64,000 nucleotides of DNA from Chrysomallon squamiferum (taxonomy: Eukaryota > Animalia > Mollusca), in the NCBI GenBank assembly GCA_012295275.1, contig CM022665.1, positions 17,112,001-17,176,000 on the forward strand, read 5' to 3'. The position numbers and the translations under genes are program-made. Under the pieces are notes generated by a model. That model was given only the letters and a program-made list of their open reading frames with translations. It was not told the origin of the DNA and ran no database searches. This document shows positions 1 to 13,917 of this stretch, one piece after another. Within the stretch, counting starts at the first letter, position 1. The number at the start of each line of letters is the position of its first letter.

Positions 1-1381
1 AAAAAGCGTCGATTTAAGGGATATGAAGTAATATTTTGGTGAAAGTGGATACTGGTTTTTGTTGCACAGAAATGAACATATACTTCTTTTCTTTTTCTAA
101 TGTCTAATAGTGTTCACAATTCCCGTTATAAACCGAAGAAGCCTAGTATTTATTTTGTTATGTATCCAGTGTAAAGCAGAATAGTGTTGCATAACATAAT
201 CGATATTTGATAAGTCTAGAGCTATATATGTACAAATACAATTTTTTTATTTTTTATTTAAATGGTTCTAATTAAAAGGTATGTCTTGTAATCAGTAGCT
301 GTGTTTGTGGTGTTTATTGTGCACAGGTGCCAATAAAAGAACTAGGGGTTTCATGATATTAAGAGTAATAGTCATAGGCGTACGATCCAAGGTCTGGTGG
401 AGAGAGGGATATGTCCTTCCAGATTCAAGCAACATAACGGGGAAATTTTGGACAAAGAAAGAGGAAATTGATACTTGTGTTTTCATCTGTGTAAAATTTC
501 GGACAAGTCAATCCGTCTGCCACCACTTAACCAAACAATTATCTTGGTAGTAGCAGCAGATTCAGTTGTAGAAGTAGTAGTAGCAATAGCAGTAGTAGTA
601 ACAGTAACAGAATTGGCAGCAATAATAGATGCAGTAGTAGTAATAGTAGCTGTAGTTATATGCTAATTAAATACTAGTAATACTATTCTGGTTTTCACGA
701 ATACATACAATTTTTAACGATGTATGTTCTGTTAAATTTAAGTCGTTTAGTTTTAACATTTCGAAGGGTTTTATTTATTTATTTAAATAATAATAATAAT
801 AATAATAATAAATGTAAATATAACACCAGTGGTAATTACAGCTGTTTATATTATTGAATACTACCTTATAAATTATATATAAGAGGCCTATGTTTAGTTT
901 ATAAAGTATTTTAACATCAACAACAAACGTGTACACGAATTTCAAAAGGATAAGGCATTATCATTGCACTAGATAATAAAGACAATATTGATTCAGTACA
1001 TTCGTATCAACTGACTATGCAAAAACACTGATTCTCAATTAGGTTTATCAGTGCATGCTAAAAAGGATAAATAATGACAATACTTCTTTATTTCTTTATT
1101 TTTAACAGCTTCTTACTGCAACATAAACAAGCACATTAATTAATAAACATCTGCATTTACTGCAGAAAAAGCTAAAACGTTAAGGAAAGTATTTTATATT
1201 CCTCTCAGTTTATTTGCTTTTTCAGACGCTTCGAAATGGACTAGTCTTATCTTTAGCTTATGAATATTCATGAGCTGCGGGTGACCTCATATCGGATGTT
1301 CCTCGGTGCGCTGTGCTTTGTTTTCAGAACGGCGTGCGACTGTTTAAAGAACTCGGCTAGCTTGACTGCTGATAGAGGAAG

Positions 1382-1463
1382 ATGGGCGCACGTATATCAA
1401 GAACGGATTATGAATGGGTTTACTCAGACGAACCGCACGCAACACGACGAAAAGAAATGCTAG
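1382..1463 (+). CDS. DEGS1: Sphingolipid delta(4)-desaturase (dihydroceramide desaturase), coding exon 1
   Basis: ATG at 1382 translates as [27 protein letters not shown]+G, the conserved DES N-terminus with Gly2 (candidate myristoylation site). It ends at a GTATGT donor at 1464, phase 1. Not reported in the ORF track. Confidence 0.95.
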
Positions 1464-4184
1464 GTATGTTGAGACATTTAGTTTAAAGATGTAGCATCCA
1501 TAACTTAATTTCAGATGAAATCGTAGATTTATTTTGACGAATGATCAGTTTGATGGACAGCAAAATGTCGCCTGGTCCCGTCTGACATGCGCTGATACAG
1601 TAGGAGTATCTCACTATCTGATTATTCATATTATATAAACTCAACATTTTGTGATTTCCCACCTACCCCCGGGATATGATGTTACTGTGTAATTGTCTCC
1701 ATTAATCTCCAATTGTGATCATTCAAAATTTTTTTTTTAATTTTAATTTTTTTTTTCTAGCCCCAATTAAATTCTTTTACATCATACATCATTACTGTTA
1801 TTTTACCCCGCATTTTAATTTTCTCTTCGAATCCTTATTCTTTTAATATTACCATAATTGTTTGGGGGCTTTTGTTGTTATTTCTATCTCTCAATTTACT
1901 GGGTTTTTTTAAAAATACGTCTTTTTATTTGCACATTTGTAAAAATGTACATTCACTGGATTCCAAAGTTAGAAAACAAAAAATTGTATAAAAATGGTAT
2001 AAAAGTATTAAAAACAGACAACTACAATAATAGTAGAACAGGTCAAAAAGAAACCGCACACAGTAAGGTTGTATTTTATTTTAAGATTAGCTGCAAATGT
2101 AAATGAAGTCCAGATCATTATCATTTGGTAAATGTTTGTCCATTTTTATTAATATTAGTGTTTTTATGGCACATTAATAGAAAACCTATACTTGTTCATA
2201 ATGACAGCACATTTATCATTTTATTATTGTTCATGAATATTAAACAATAATCTGTGTTTAACTTTAAAATAGTTAAATGTACATGTATAACAACCAAAAT
2301 GGAAATGAGTGTTTTCACTTTCTTGTACTATCCTGGTATTTTAGTGTTATCTATTATACAGAGTAAAAATGAGATTTTGTCACACTATTCCTTTAAAGCA
2401 TTTAAGAATTGTGTAATAAAAATGACAGCCAGAAAATGTGCCAAATTTCGCTTATTAACTGCATATTAGTATACATGTTGAAACCACTTAAGTTAGAGCT
2501 GTATTGGTGACCTGAATTAGCCACAGTCCTTTGAAATTTATGGGAGTTGAAGTAAAAATATCAGTGATCCTAAGCAGCATTAATCATGACTAATAATAAT
2601 ATTGCTTGGTTTTTGTTAAAAAATGTTGTATATAATTATAATTAATAGAAACAGCTTCATATATATATATATAATTTGCTATAACAACTAATGAGATTAG
2701 GATTATGCAGTGTTTAGTGAAAAGGTGGTTAATTTGTCTGTAATTAAGTGTCCAGTATAAACAATAGGTCACTGATTAATAATTGTTTCAATATGAATCA
2801 GCAGGTTTTGTATGTTTCAGTTACCCCAAAAATTGTTAATTCCACAATTTATTAAATTCTATATTTGTTTTTCAGTAATAGCCAGGTGCTTACTGTCATG
2901 CACTTAACATTTTTGTTGTTGTATTAAACATTGCTGATAAGTGAAAACAATCTAATCAATGAAATGAATAGTTTAAGAGATTATTCAGTGTACAGCATTC
3001 TAGCAGATGTTCAGACTGTGTCATGCCATAAAATATGACACCATGTTCTTACATATAAACATAACAGTCATACACTGTGGTGGTTGTGTGCTACATGTGC
3101 TACAATTGTACATAGTGTTGTCATTCAGCTAATGTGTTTACAAGGTCACATTTTCACTGTCCTGCTGCCTTTTTGTCTATCATTTAACAAACAGCGACTG
3201 GTAGTTGATAGTGAGTGATGTATTGAATAAATATAATTTTAATACATTAAGTGCAGGCTGAAGTTCTCAAAGTTGGCTTTCCAAAGCCCAGAAATTCCCC
3301 AAACTCAGCTCAAAGTGAGCAAATCCCCTAAACGGCAACAGTCCTAGTACCCAGCATTATTTTGCCGAACTGCTGCTATGACATGGTGGTGGCTTCATGT
3401 CAATTTTACAAAGTGGTTCTCACTGTGCAGTGCAGCTTTGTGTTTGATGCTTTGGTTTTGTACATCTATAGACATTATTATACCATTTTGATTTTGCAGT
3501 GAAAATATGTCCTCCTCTCCAAAAGTCATTTGTGCTGACAATGCAGATTTTGGGAACTTAACCTGTAATAATCAACTCTTATGGCACTATGTTGTTATTC
3601 TTATTATTTATTATTATTATTATTTTTTTTAATAAAATTTTAATGCAGCTCATTTTTGTACCTGCAGAAATACATTTTATATTTGACTGCTTTCAGACTA
3701 GACTGTCTGTGCTTGTGAAAAATTGAATGAATAAAGAAATTAGAACATTTATAAATGTGTATAGCATTAGTGTCATGTCAGGCAACTTAATCCACAGGTG
3801 GGGGTGTGAGTGTTAAAGAAACAGATAAGAGTAAATACTAAAAAGTGTTTGAATCAAGCAGTGATAACTTGAAATATAATACCATCTCTCATCTTATTGT
3901 AGCAGATCATCATTTACCAGCACTTGACTATGTCATTCATTAATATATCATTTTTATTTGTAAGCAAATTAATATTGATAAAATGTAATACCTTTCACAC
4001 TTTTTTTTACAAACAAAATGAATCCACTTTTAATGATGAGGTTGTTGCTTAAAAGTTAAATTGAAGATTAAGTCTCAGCTTGTTAATCAAGGCTTGAAAT
4101 AGGACTCTTTTTGTTGCTTTGAAAAGTATGATATAAATTGTTGTTTTTATAACCATTGTTGTTTATTTTTATTTTCTGTTACAG

Positions 4185-4927
4185 GAAAGTATCCTGAAAT
4201 CAAGAAACTTATGGGTTCTGATCCACGCCTGAAGTACATAATAACTTTGATGGTCATAATTCAAATTATATCAGCCTATATGATTAGAAACCAGTCTTGG
4301 ACAACGGTCATCGTACTTGCATATATATTTGGTGGTACAATCAATCACTCAATGTCACTGGCAATTCATGAAATAGCCCATAACCTTGCATTTGGACATG
4401 GCAATCATCTGGCAAATAGATTTTTTGGATTTTTTGCCAATTTGCCCATTGGTGTGCCCATGTCAATAGCGTTCAGAAAATATCACATGGAACATCACCG
4501 TTATCAAGGTGATGAAGTGCTTGACCAGGATATTCCCTGTGCTTTGGAAACAAAAATGTTTACAAGAACATTTACAAAATTCTGCTGGGTATTGATGCAG
4601 CCTTGGTTTTATGCTTTGCGGCCAGTGCTTTGCCATCCAAAGCCAGTTACTTTACTAGAATTCTTGAATATTGTTATTCAGTTCTCATTTGACTATGCCA
4701 TATTTCATTTTTTTGGAATAAAATCTCTAGTCTATCTAGTTTCTGGAAGTTTTATGGCAATGGGACTGCATCCAATGGCAGGTCATTTTATATCGGAACA
4801 CTATTTATTTGTCCCTGGGTACGAGACTTACTCCTACTATGGACCTCTGAACTGGCTCACATTCAATGTTGGCTACCACAATGAACACCATGATTTCCCT
4901 AGTATTCCTGGAAGTCGTCTGTCACAG
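4185..4927 (+). CDS. DEGS1: Sphingolipid delta(4)-desaturase, coding exon 2 (743 nt)
   Basis: Acceptor ttttctgttacAG ends at 4184. The frame continues (G)GA-K-Y-P-E-I-K-K-L-M into ORF 4211..4969 and contains the three desaturase His boxes HEIAH, HMEHH and HNEHH. Donor CAG|GTAAGG at 4928. Confidence 0.97.
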
Positions 4928-6161
4928 GTAAGGTTACAAAATTTATGTTTAATAAAAAAAAATGTTTAATGGTTACAGGGAAGTTTTTTTTTGTAATTGT
5001 TTCTGGAGTCCTACAACACTAGCAATAAGTATCTCCAGGTCAATACATGTTCTGTTGAAAAGTACAAGCTAATTTAATACCTGTAAGTTGTACGTATATT
5101 TCACAAGCAAGCTGTCTTGTTTCTAGTAGAGGTATTTGCAGAATTAACCCCACTTATTATTTTAGTGTGTTGGCAGCAAGTATCATATTCATTTTGTATA
5201 ACTGCACATCTAATACCTAATTATTAGTAATTAAATATGTGAGGTGTTGTAAAAACTTGCAATACATAAATCATGAAATTAATGTGAAGGGTCTCTGTTT
5301 CAAATATTAGATTCATATTGACAAATATATTTGTACTGTTTTGTTCATCCAAGTTAAATGTGTGTACAGTTCAATAAATCTGTTTTGGATGGTCTTTTTT
5401 TTTTGAAAGCATAGTTTTTTAACAATAAAAACAAGAAAACAGCCAACCTTTGGATTATCAAGTTAAAAACTATTCTGAATGCATTATTATTATGGATTGT
5501 GTTGCTTTTGAGGTTGGTCAAAGACCCTGCAATGGTTACATATGGCTGACAGCTTGCTTGACTACAAGAAAAATTCTTGATGAATTGTGCTCCACTTGTT
5601 TTATAAAATATATTGCCATTTTAGACTTTATTTTCATAATGTAATACATAGCCTTTTGGACTCCTTGACTAGTTAAGTTTTGCCATGAGTGAACTGCATT
5701 CCATTTGTATTTTATAAATACATTAGAATTTTATTTGTTTTGTTTTTGTAACAAGCAAAATATAGAAGTAAATGTTTCATAATTATTATTAATGTGAACA
5801 ACACTTAACACTGACAATTTTCACATGAACTGTATTATCTACAGAATTTATTCATTCATATTAATGTATGTAAATTATTTGCTGTTACTGATTGAAACAC
5901 AAAAATAAGCAGTACTGTATCAACTATATTACATTAATAAGATTTACAGTATGCAAATGTTTTTGTGATATATGCATATTAATAAATCTCACTGATTAGG
6001 AATTGCATCTTGCATTTTTTGTTGATTAAAAGTGTACGTTAATAAGAAAAATAAATAAATGTGTATGATCGGAAAGGTTAGTATAAATTTATAATTGTAA
6101 TAAATATATCTGTATGCAATCTAAATTCTTTTTTAACTCATAACTGTATTTATTTTTTAAG

Positions 6162-6323
6162 GTTAAGAAGATTGCTCCTGAGTACTATGATCATTTACCA
6201 TATCACACTTCGTGGGTGAAGGTTATATGGGATTTTATCTTTGACCCAAAACTTGGTCCCTATTCTCGGGTGCGTCGACATACAGTACTTAAAGAAAAAA
6301 ACCCAGATCTGAAGACAAAATGA
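6162..6323 (+). CDS. DEGS1: Sphingolipid delta(4)-desaturase, terminal coding exon 3
   Basis: Acceptor tattttttaAG ends at 6161, phase 0. Translates as VKKIAPEYYDHLPYHTSWVKVIWDFIFDPKLGPYSRVRRHTVLKEKNPDLKTK*, the typical DES C-terminus. Total CDS is 82+743+162 = 987 nt, 328 aa. Confidence 0.95.
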   Translation, partial: VKKIAPEYYDHLPYHTSWVKVIWDFIFDPKLGPYSRVRRHTVLKEKNPDLKTK

Positions 6324-7132
6324 ACATCATGACTGAGTTTTAAATTGAAGAATTATGACATTTAAAAGGCAAGGACATTTTTTTTTTTTTTTTGTGGGGA
6401 CAGAACTGTTTTTCAGTTGTCAAAGATTTTTCAAATGATGATTCTATAAGCCATTTGTTTGTGAATTTTGGGGTTCTTTGTTTCTGTTTTGTGGTTGTTG
6501 TTTTCTTCCATTTTATTATTTCTTTAAATGCTTTTCAGTATTGACAAACAGGTAATTATTAGTTTTTCTTTTGTTTCATACTTACAGATAAGAACAAGAT
6601 ATAACAGACAAATTTCTATATTTGTTTGATAGAAGTATGTTATTATTTTTTTTATTTTTTAAATTAGAAAATTAGTGATCTCATGTTTCATAAATAACCT
6701 CCTTTTTTTGTTTATTATTAATAATTATTATAAACTAAAACATTTTTAATGATACTACTTCTAGGGAATATTTATTTGTAATATATATATGTTATGAGCC
6801 TTTTGTATGGAATTGGAATGAACACATGGTCAAACATATAATTTGTTGCAACAATATTGTTTTGAGATGCCATCTGCTACTTGGTAATATAAATAGTAAT
6901 AAATACAATGGTTGGTTTTTTAATTGCTTATAGAACATGCATATATTATATAAACATACCATACACATAAACACATAAAGATGTTCTTAAAGACATAAAC
7001 AAAAATGATTTATTGTCCAGATGCTGCTAGTGTACATATTCCAATTGAAGGTTTAATTCATATGAAAACAGATTACATAGCCTTGTTTTCCTTTCATTTA
7101 AAAAACCCAAACAAAAAAGCAAACACATAAAT

Positions 7133-7323
7133 AAAAAATTATAACTGTACTTATGGCTACAATGCTATTTAAGAATTGATTGTGCTCCAAAATTTTTATT
7201 TTTGTATAATCTGTTTAACATTAGTAAAAAAATTATAACTGTACTTATGGCTACAATGCTATTTAAGAATTGACTGTGCTCCAAAATTTTTATTTTTGTA
7301 TAATCTGTTTAACATTAGTAAAA
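7133..7323. repeat. Two-copy tandem duplication, period 94 bp, downstream of the DEGS1 stop codon
   Basis: ATAACTGTACTTATGGCTACAATGC...AACATTAGTAAAA starts at 7141 and again at 7235. One substitution seen (GATT/GACT). Confidence 0.95.
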
Positions 7324-10300
7324 TAAAGATCTATGTTTACTATTTTGAATTGGAGTAAAACATTTGTAGATCATATTGATTAAATTAAACTTCAGTGTAT
7401 TATTAAATGTTAAATTTGTAGAGTAAACTGGGGTTAAGTTGTTTTTTTTTTTTTTTTTGATGTTTTTTTTTTCTTCCATCATATTACACATTTTGAGCAA
7501 AGTAAATTTCAAAATAACACTGATTTGATTTGTATATATTTATTATTTTAATAAAATTGAATTGAGGCAAAATATTGATCTCATATTTCAAATCCTGGTC
7601 ATGTAAAATTATGATTTTATAGCCTAAAATATTTAAATCTTGTATTTTCCTTCATAAAACTTTTTTTTTCTTTTTAATTATACATGTTTGTATTTTGTAG
7701 TTGTGTTATTTACTGTGTTCTGTTCTATTAATTGATTATATTTTATACAACTATTAAATTGTAATTAAAATTTCTTGAATAAAAATTAAAAATTTTCTGT
7801 GATTTAAATTTTTTCTTTCATATTTTTAAATACTTTTAAAATCTTTTTGTTTTGTTTAATTTTTATTATTATTTATTTTATGTATGTGTATGTGTGTGTG
7901 TCAACTCTGACATTCAGAGTTTTACACAAAGGAAGTGTTAAGATAAAACTGAAGGTATCATTTATTTATTTGTATGAAAATATTTTTGGAACTTAAAAAA
8001 AGAAGGAAAAACAAAAAGGTTTTACTCAGAATTTTTTTTTCTTTCTTAAAATCAAATTAAAAAGCTTTTTGTATGAAATATTTTCACCTGTTGAATAACA
8101 CTATCTGTATGCATTTAGTTCCCTGAATTCGTATCATACTTTTGAGATTACTAAATGTGACTTTCCAAGCTGACTTAATGTTTACTGTTACTAAAAATTA
8201 GTATGCTAATGATGTATTGTCATATGGTTTGCATTCTCTGTTTCTACATTTTCTTTTTCTCATGAAAACTGCACTTACAGTATTACTAGCTAAAAATAAA
8301 TTTGCAAGAATTGTTTTTGTTTTTTTTTAGTTTAAAATGATATCTAAAAGAATTATTTTGCTTTCAACCATTTTGTTTATTTTAGTTACTTAATAATAAT
8401 GATAATAATAATAGTAATAATAATTAATTATTAACAATAGGAATGGATAAATTGGAGACTTTGTATGTAGATAATTGCACAGGTGTTTTTGCTTTGCTGT
8501 TATTTACAAAAACTGATTTTCTATATTTTTAAATTATTATTATTATTGTATATATTTTTTAATTTATATTTTTATGCACAAATATATTCCTAGTCTTTTA
8601 TTTTTGTTATTTAATGTTTAAAAATAAAATTATTTACTCTTTTAACATACTTATAACTTTGTTTTATTTTTTTTTATTTTTTTTTTTCTCTCTCTCTCTC
8701 TCAAAGAATAACACACTCAACCATACCAGTGTTCATGCATACCTGTATAAGCCTATCTTTGTATATATATGTATAGATGCTATAAATTAAATTGTCTCTG
8801 GTATTTTAGTGGTTTTCTAATCAGTTAGAATCTAAGAAACCATTTTGATTTTTTAAATTTGGTTTTTGTTAATTAATTTACATTAATAATATAAAATAAT
8901 TGATACTTAATCTTTTTAGAATGTTTTCTTCACATTTTGTATTTGTTTTTTGTATATTTTATTATTTTTCATTTTTTTAATTGTATAAATATTAATGTTG
9001 TTATTGTAAAATATAAGTTCCATTCTTTGCATTTGAAATGTTTTAGAACCAGCTTGGAAGAAATGTTTCAAAATGTAGGTTCATCTTTTATAATGTGTAA
9101 TGAAATGTAATTATAAAAGTGAAATTAAAATAAATATTTCAAAAATATCTTAAATAAAACAATGTACTAGGTTTAAAGATACAGGGTAATGAAAATACAT
9201 TAAACAGAAATAGTGTGATATGTTGTAATTTTTATTTATCTTTAACATTTAACATTAAAAAAATATGTATAATTTTTTGTTTATGGTGCTGGTTATTTGT
9301 AACATAAACTAATATTTATTCCAGATTTGCTAATCTTTATCCTATTTTGTAGAAAGTACAAGATTTGAAAATTCATAAAACAAATACTTGATTTTTTTTT
9401 TTTTTTTTTTTTTTTGTATTTATGTGTGTGTGTGTGTATGTGTGTGCATGTGTAAATTTCAGTTTTTATCTAGCAAAATTTATAAAAAAAATTAAATCTC
9501 ATTACTTCTGGATTTTCTTTTTATTAAATGTGGGTGTGGGTAAATTGTCCCCTCCAATTGCCTGTAAGTTATGTTTAGTATTATTTTATTTGATTACAAT
9601 GCACAGTAAATTTATTTGTGAAATATGTATATTATTTTGTATTTGTTGTTATTATAGTGCATTTTTACCAGTATTTTATTAACCACATCAGACTACAATC
9701 ACTGGGCTTACTTGATACATATTTATTTTTTGTTATGAACAATTTTGGACAAACAATATTTGTTTGACAAATTCTGATATAATAAATATTGTATTGTTTT
9801 TTTTTTTAAACAGCAGGAGTACAGCCAGTGTACTTAACGTACATCACATATTGCAAATATGTTAATCCTTGTAAAATTCCATCAATACTAATTATTCTAC
9901 TTGGAGTTCAGCAATTGACAAATACTTGTTTACCTAGAAAAATGTCTACTTAGATGTCATGTATTAACATATTCCAGTACCTGTAATATCCGAGTTTACC
10001 ATTGTTAAAAGTTAACCATCCTCTATGTATTTAGAATACCCTCAGTTTAGCAACTTGTAAGTTTTTGATTATCATGCAGATGTTGAGTGTTTGGTACCAT
10101 GGGGTAGCAGACTGTGAGGGTTTGATTTACCCAGAGGATGAAGTTCTTTTATATTCTTCATTCAGTTTTTCACAAACAGCTTTATAATAATTGACTCCTG
10201 TTGTATGTTCACTAATACAGCTTTTTGCCAAATGTTTTGTTATGTTTCAGCTTCTTTCTATTAAGTATTCTGTGTTTGAGTTATTAAAGAGTGGAAATAA

Positions 10301-11379
10301 AAATTGAATTGATTTATGGCTTTGTCATATTTTATATATCTATAATATATATACACATACATATCTTCCAGCAACTCCAGGTAATAATAAAATGCAAAGA
10401 AAAAATTGTCAAGAACAGAAATCTTACTTCAGACTGTTTCAAAATGGGAACAGTAGAGAACTGCTCACTGGATAACCGACTTGTTTCCATTTCCAGTCAC
10501 TGAATTGAAACTAGTGTTTCCTTAATACCAGAAAAGTTACTTTATTAATACTTCAGATTTAAACTGCTTCAGTGGAAAAGATATGATCTTGTTGAGAATA
10601 AGATTAATGTCACCATTGAGGCAGCAGATTTTCTTTTTGTTATAGCAAAATCTAATTGTTTTACATCTTGATGATTATTATTATTAAAATGTCAGTATGT
10701 CATTAAAAATGATCATTGCAAATCACATTATCCTCAGAAAAGGTAATGTTATTTTTATTTTTTTATTTTTTTCTTCTTTAAATGAAAAAATTAGTCTCCA
10801 TCATTATTTTTTTTTATTCATTATTAAGAAAGTGATATCCCTTTAAATATAAAGAAAACTTAAAAAGATCATCTATGTACACTGACAAGTTATTTTAAAA
10901 ATAATTTATGTTTTATTATTGTTTTAAATTTTATTTTAATAAGTTCAGATTACTGTGGAGGTGTATATAATTATCTTTAAACATCACTGACAAAGGTTAG
11001 TTTATCTTGTTTTGTTTTTTCTTCTGAAAAAAAAAAAAAAAAAAACCTTTTATCATGGTTAAAATATAACATAATGTCATCTTTTATCAGTGTGGATAAA
11101 AACTACAAGATAATCATAAATTTTCTTTTTTATATGTACACATGCACATATACATGTGATTTATTAGTGTCATCATTTTATAACATAAAATAACTTTTAT
11201 TTTAAAAGACTACATATCTTCAAACTGGTGATATTAAGATATTTTTGTTTATTTTCTTTTATTCATTCATTTATTGTTTTCCTTCATTTATTCATTCATT
11301 TTTATTTTTATATTTTTTTTTTTTTTTTTTTTTTTTGGGGAGAGGGAACCTAGTTACTTGCAGTGATAAAAAATTTAGT

Positions 11380-11950
11380 ATCTATCCCGTCGTGGCATTA
11401 AAATATTGTGAAATTATTTTCTCGAACAAAAGTAACGCTTCAGCTGGTAGCACTTGACCAAAAAAAAAAAACAACAAAAACAAACAAACGTCTGCTTTAT
11501 TTTTCATGATTTGTTGTCTACCATACATAACTGACGTCACCAATAAGCTACAGCAACCGGTTTTCACTGGATTTTTGGCACATATTTATATATTTTCCAT
11601 TTTATTTTACTTATTTTTTTAGCACAATTATTATTGCTATTTTTATTTTTTTTCTCATCATTTATTTATTTTTTAATTTTAAATAAAAAAGCAGACATAA
11701 TGCACCGAGAAGGCAATAAATAAATGGTGGAAAAATCGATACCAAAGAATTGACGTCCATTGACAGTTTACTGTCAAGAATAAAAAATACTTCAGCAGAT
11801 AACGTCTGTGAATTCTGATTCATGGAAAATATAATTGTTTTACACGTCTCGAAGACGAAGTCGGGTGAAGGTATCGGCAAATCAGGAGAAACCCGGGACA
11901 AGCGTATGGAATTTAGAACGTAAAAAAAACAAATAAGAGCGAACGTTAAA
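11380..11950. promoter_or_regulatory. CpG-retaining promoter/enhancer-like segment
   Basis: CpG returns abruptly after ~9 kb of depletion. Palindromic CRE TGACGTCA at 11532-11539 directly abuts CCAAT at 11540-11544. Another TGACGTCA lies at 12663. Confidence 0.3.
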
Positions 11951-13558
11951 ACAATAACAACTAAATATCAAACAAATATAAAAAATTTAAAAAATTTAAT
12001 AAAATAATTTTTTTTTTTTTTTTTTTATACATAACTGATAAATAAATATTTTTTTTTTTATTATTATTATTATTTTTTTTAATAAAATAATAATAAAAAA
12101 AAACCCATAAAAGTAAACTTTTGAATTACAGTTAATATATAACATAAGGTCATCTTTTATCTATATAGACAAACATAACATGTGGAAAAGTGCTTATTTG
12201 AAAAATACTAATAATACTAATAATAGTAATAATAAAAGAAAGAAAAATAATGTTTAAAGAATGGATGTTGTTCCAGTGTCATTAAATATATGTTCCCCAT
12301 TATTATTGTTGTTATTGTTATTAATACTGTTATTATAATTCTTGATTTTGTTGTTGTTACTGTTGCTAGTGCTCTCACAGATCAATATGGGATAATGAAC
12401 ATTAGCTCTTCTCTTTTTTCTTTTTATTTATTTAAATATTTTTTTTAATTTTTTTTAATTTTTTTTTTAATTTTTTTATTATTATTATTCTTATTCTTTC
12501 TTATTTTTTCTTTATTGTTTTTGTATGTCTGAATTTACCAGCTGCAACATGTAAAATATATTTTTATTTTCATAGCCAATATGAATTCATAGTCTTTACC
12601 AGGAAGCAGTCGGTATCTTAGCAAGACTGATTGCTGTGCACGTCACACCACTCAACTTCGGTTGACGTCAGTAATATGCTTATCGACGGCTTACTTTCTG
12701 ACAATGCTATGAATGTATCATATCTATGGGGATAAGCTCATTTGGTAATGAATCTGGAGTTATTAGGTGTGGGGGTAAACATAAAGGTCTAAACGCGTTT
12801 TATTTACTTTCTAGAGACATGACGTTACGGGTGAAGTTTAACATAAAAATAAAAACAGTTAATGACATAAGTATATGTTACAACAACTTTGCGATATGTG
12901 TGTGTATACGTTTATGTGTGTTTACAAAATTAGTTTCAAAACTGTGTTTTTTAAAGCTAAGTCAAACACAATTTAAAAAAAAATTAAAAATTAATTACAC
13001 TCGTATTTAAAAGTAAATATCTCTTTGTCAGTAATATTTAAACATGTTTCAGTTGCTCCATTCATTAAGAGTATGAACATGCTGATGATAACTTACATGT
13101 AAGTTAATACGCTAAACCTAAAGAGATTAACTAGTGTTGCTTTAAAGGATTGGTTTCACGGAGATAGCAAAATATGTTTGTTAGCCATTGTCATTCATGT
13201 TTCATCTAGCTATATATCATTTTCATACCTGTATGTACCTGCTACAGGCAATATCAAAACGTACCCGGCAGTAATAATACTAATACTAACAACAATAATA
13301 AAGATTTGAATTACAGAAAAAGTTGAGGTTCAGTCTTGTTTTAGTTAAATGTAAAATAAGTAAATTATTCATAATTTTATGTGTTTGAAACACAACAACA
13401 ACAATAATGATAATGTTATTAAATAATATTAAATAACCTGAACAAACAAGAGCAATAATAATAATGATGATAATGATAAGGAATTTATGAAAATTACTAT
13501 AAAATACAATAATAATGTAACTGTTCAAAAGTTTATTAAGACAGACAGACGGACACAC

Positions 13559-13562
<4 letters not shown>

Positions 13563-13616
<54 letters not shown>
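13563..13616. repeat. (AG)n microsatellite
   Basis: Perfect dinucleotide run, seen directly. Confidence 0.95.
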
Positions 13617-13619
<3 letters not shown>

Positions 13620-13873
13620 CCCAGAGTGAAAAGCGAAAAGGGCAGAGATGGAGTTTTCCTAACTTAGTAAGTTAATTCTGATTATCTATTTACAGCTCGC
13701 GCCCTCTTTTTATTACATTCAGTCATGTGGCGTTATTCTGCATAAGCAGATTTCTGTGTAACCGGTTATTGACCTCAAGTGAAACTGGTGTATTTTGTCC
13801 GCGTATAGGACAGTACTGTACAGTTTATGCTATATATGTAAATACGCATAGAGACATATTCCCCCCTTTCTCG

Positions 13874-13917
<44 letters not shown>

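Noticed and set aside
4928-4969. C-terminal tail of ORF 4211..4969 (VRLQNLCLIKKNV)
   Set aside because: This is read-through into intron 2. The true C-terminus is in exon 3.
13-10847. TTAAGGGATAT ... ATATCCCCTTTAA as Kolobok-like ends enclosing DEGS1
   Set aside because: The match is too short for AT-rich DNA, and similar TTAAAGG motifs occur throughout the window.
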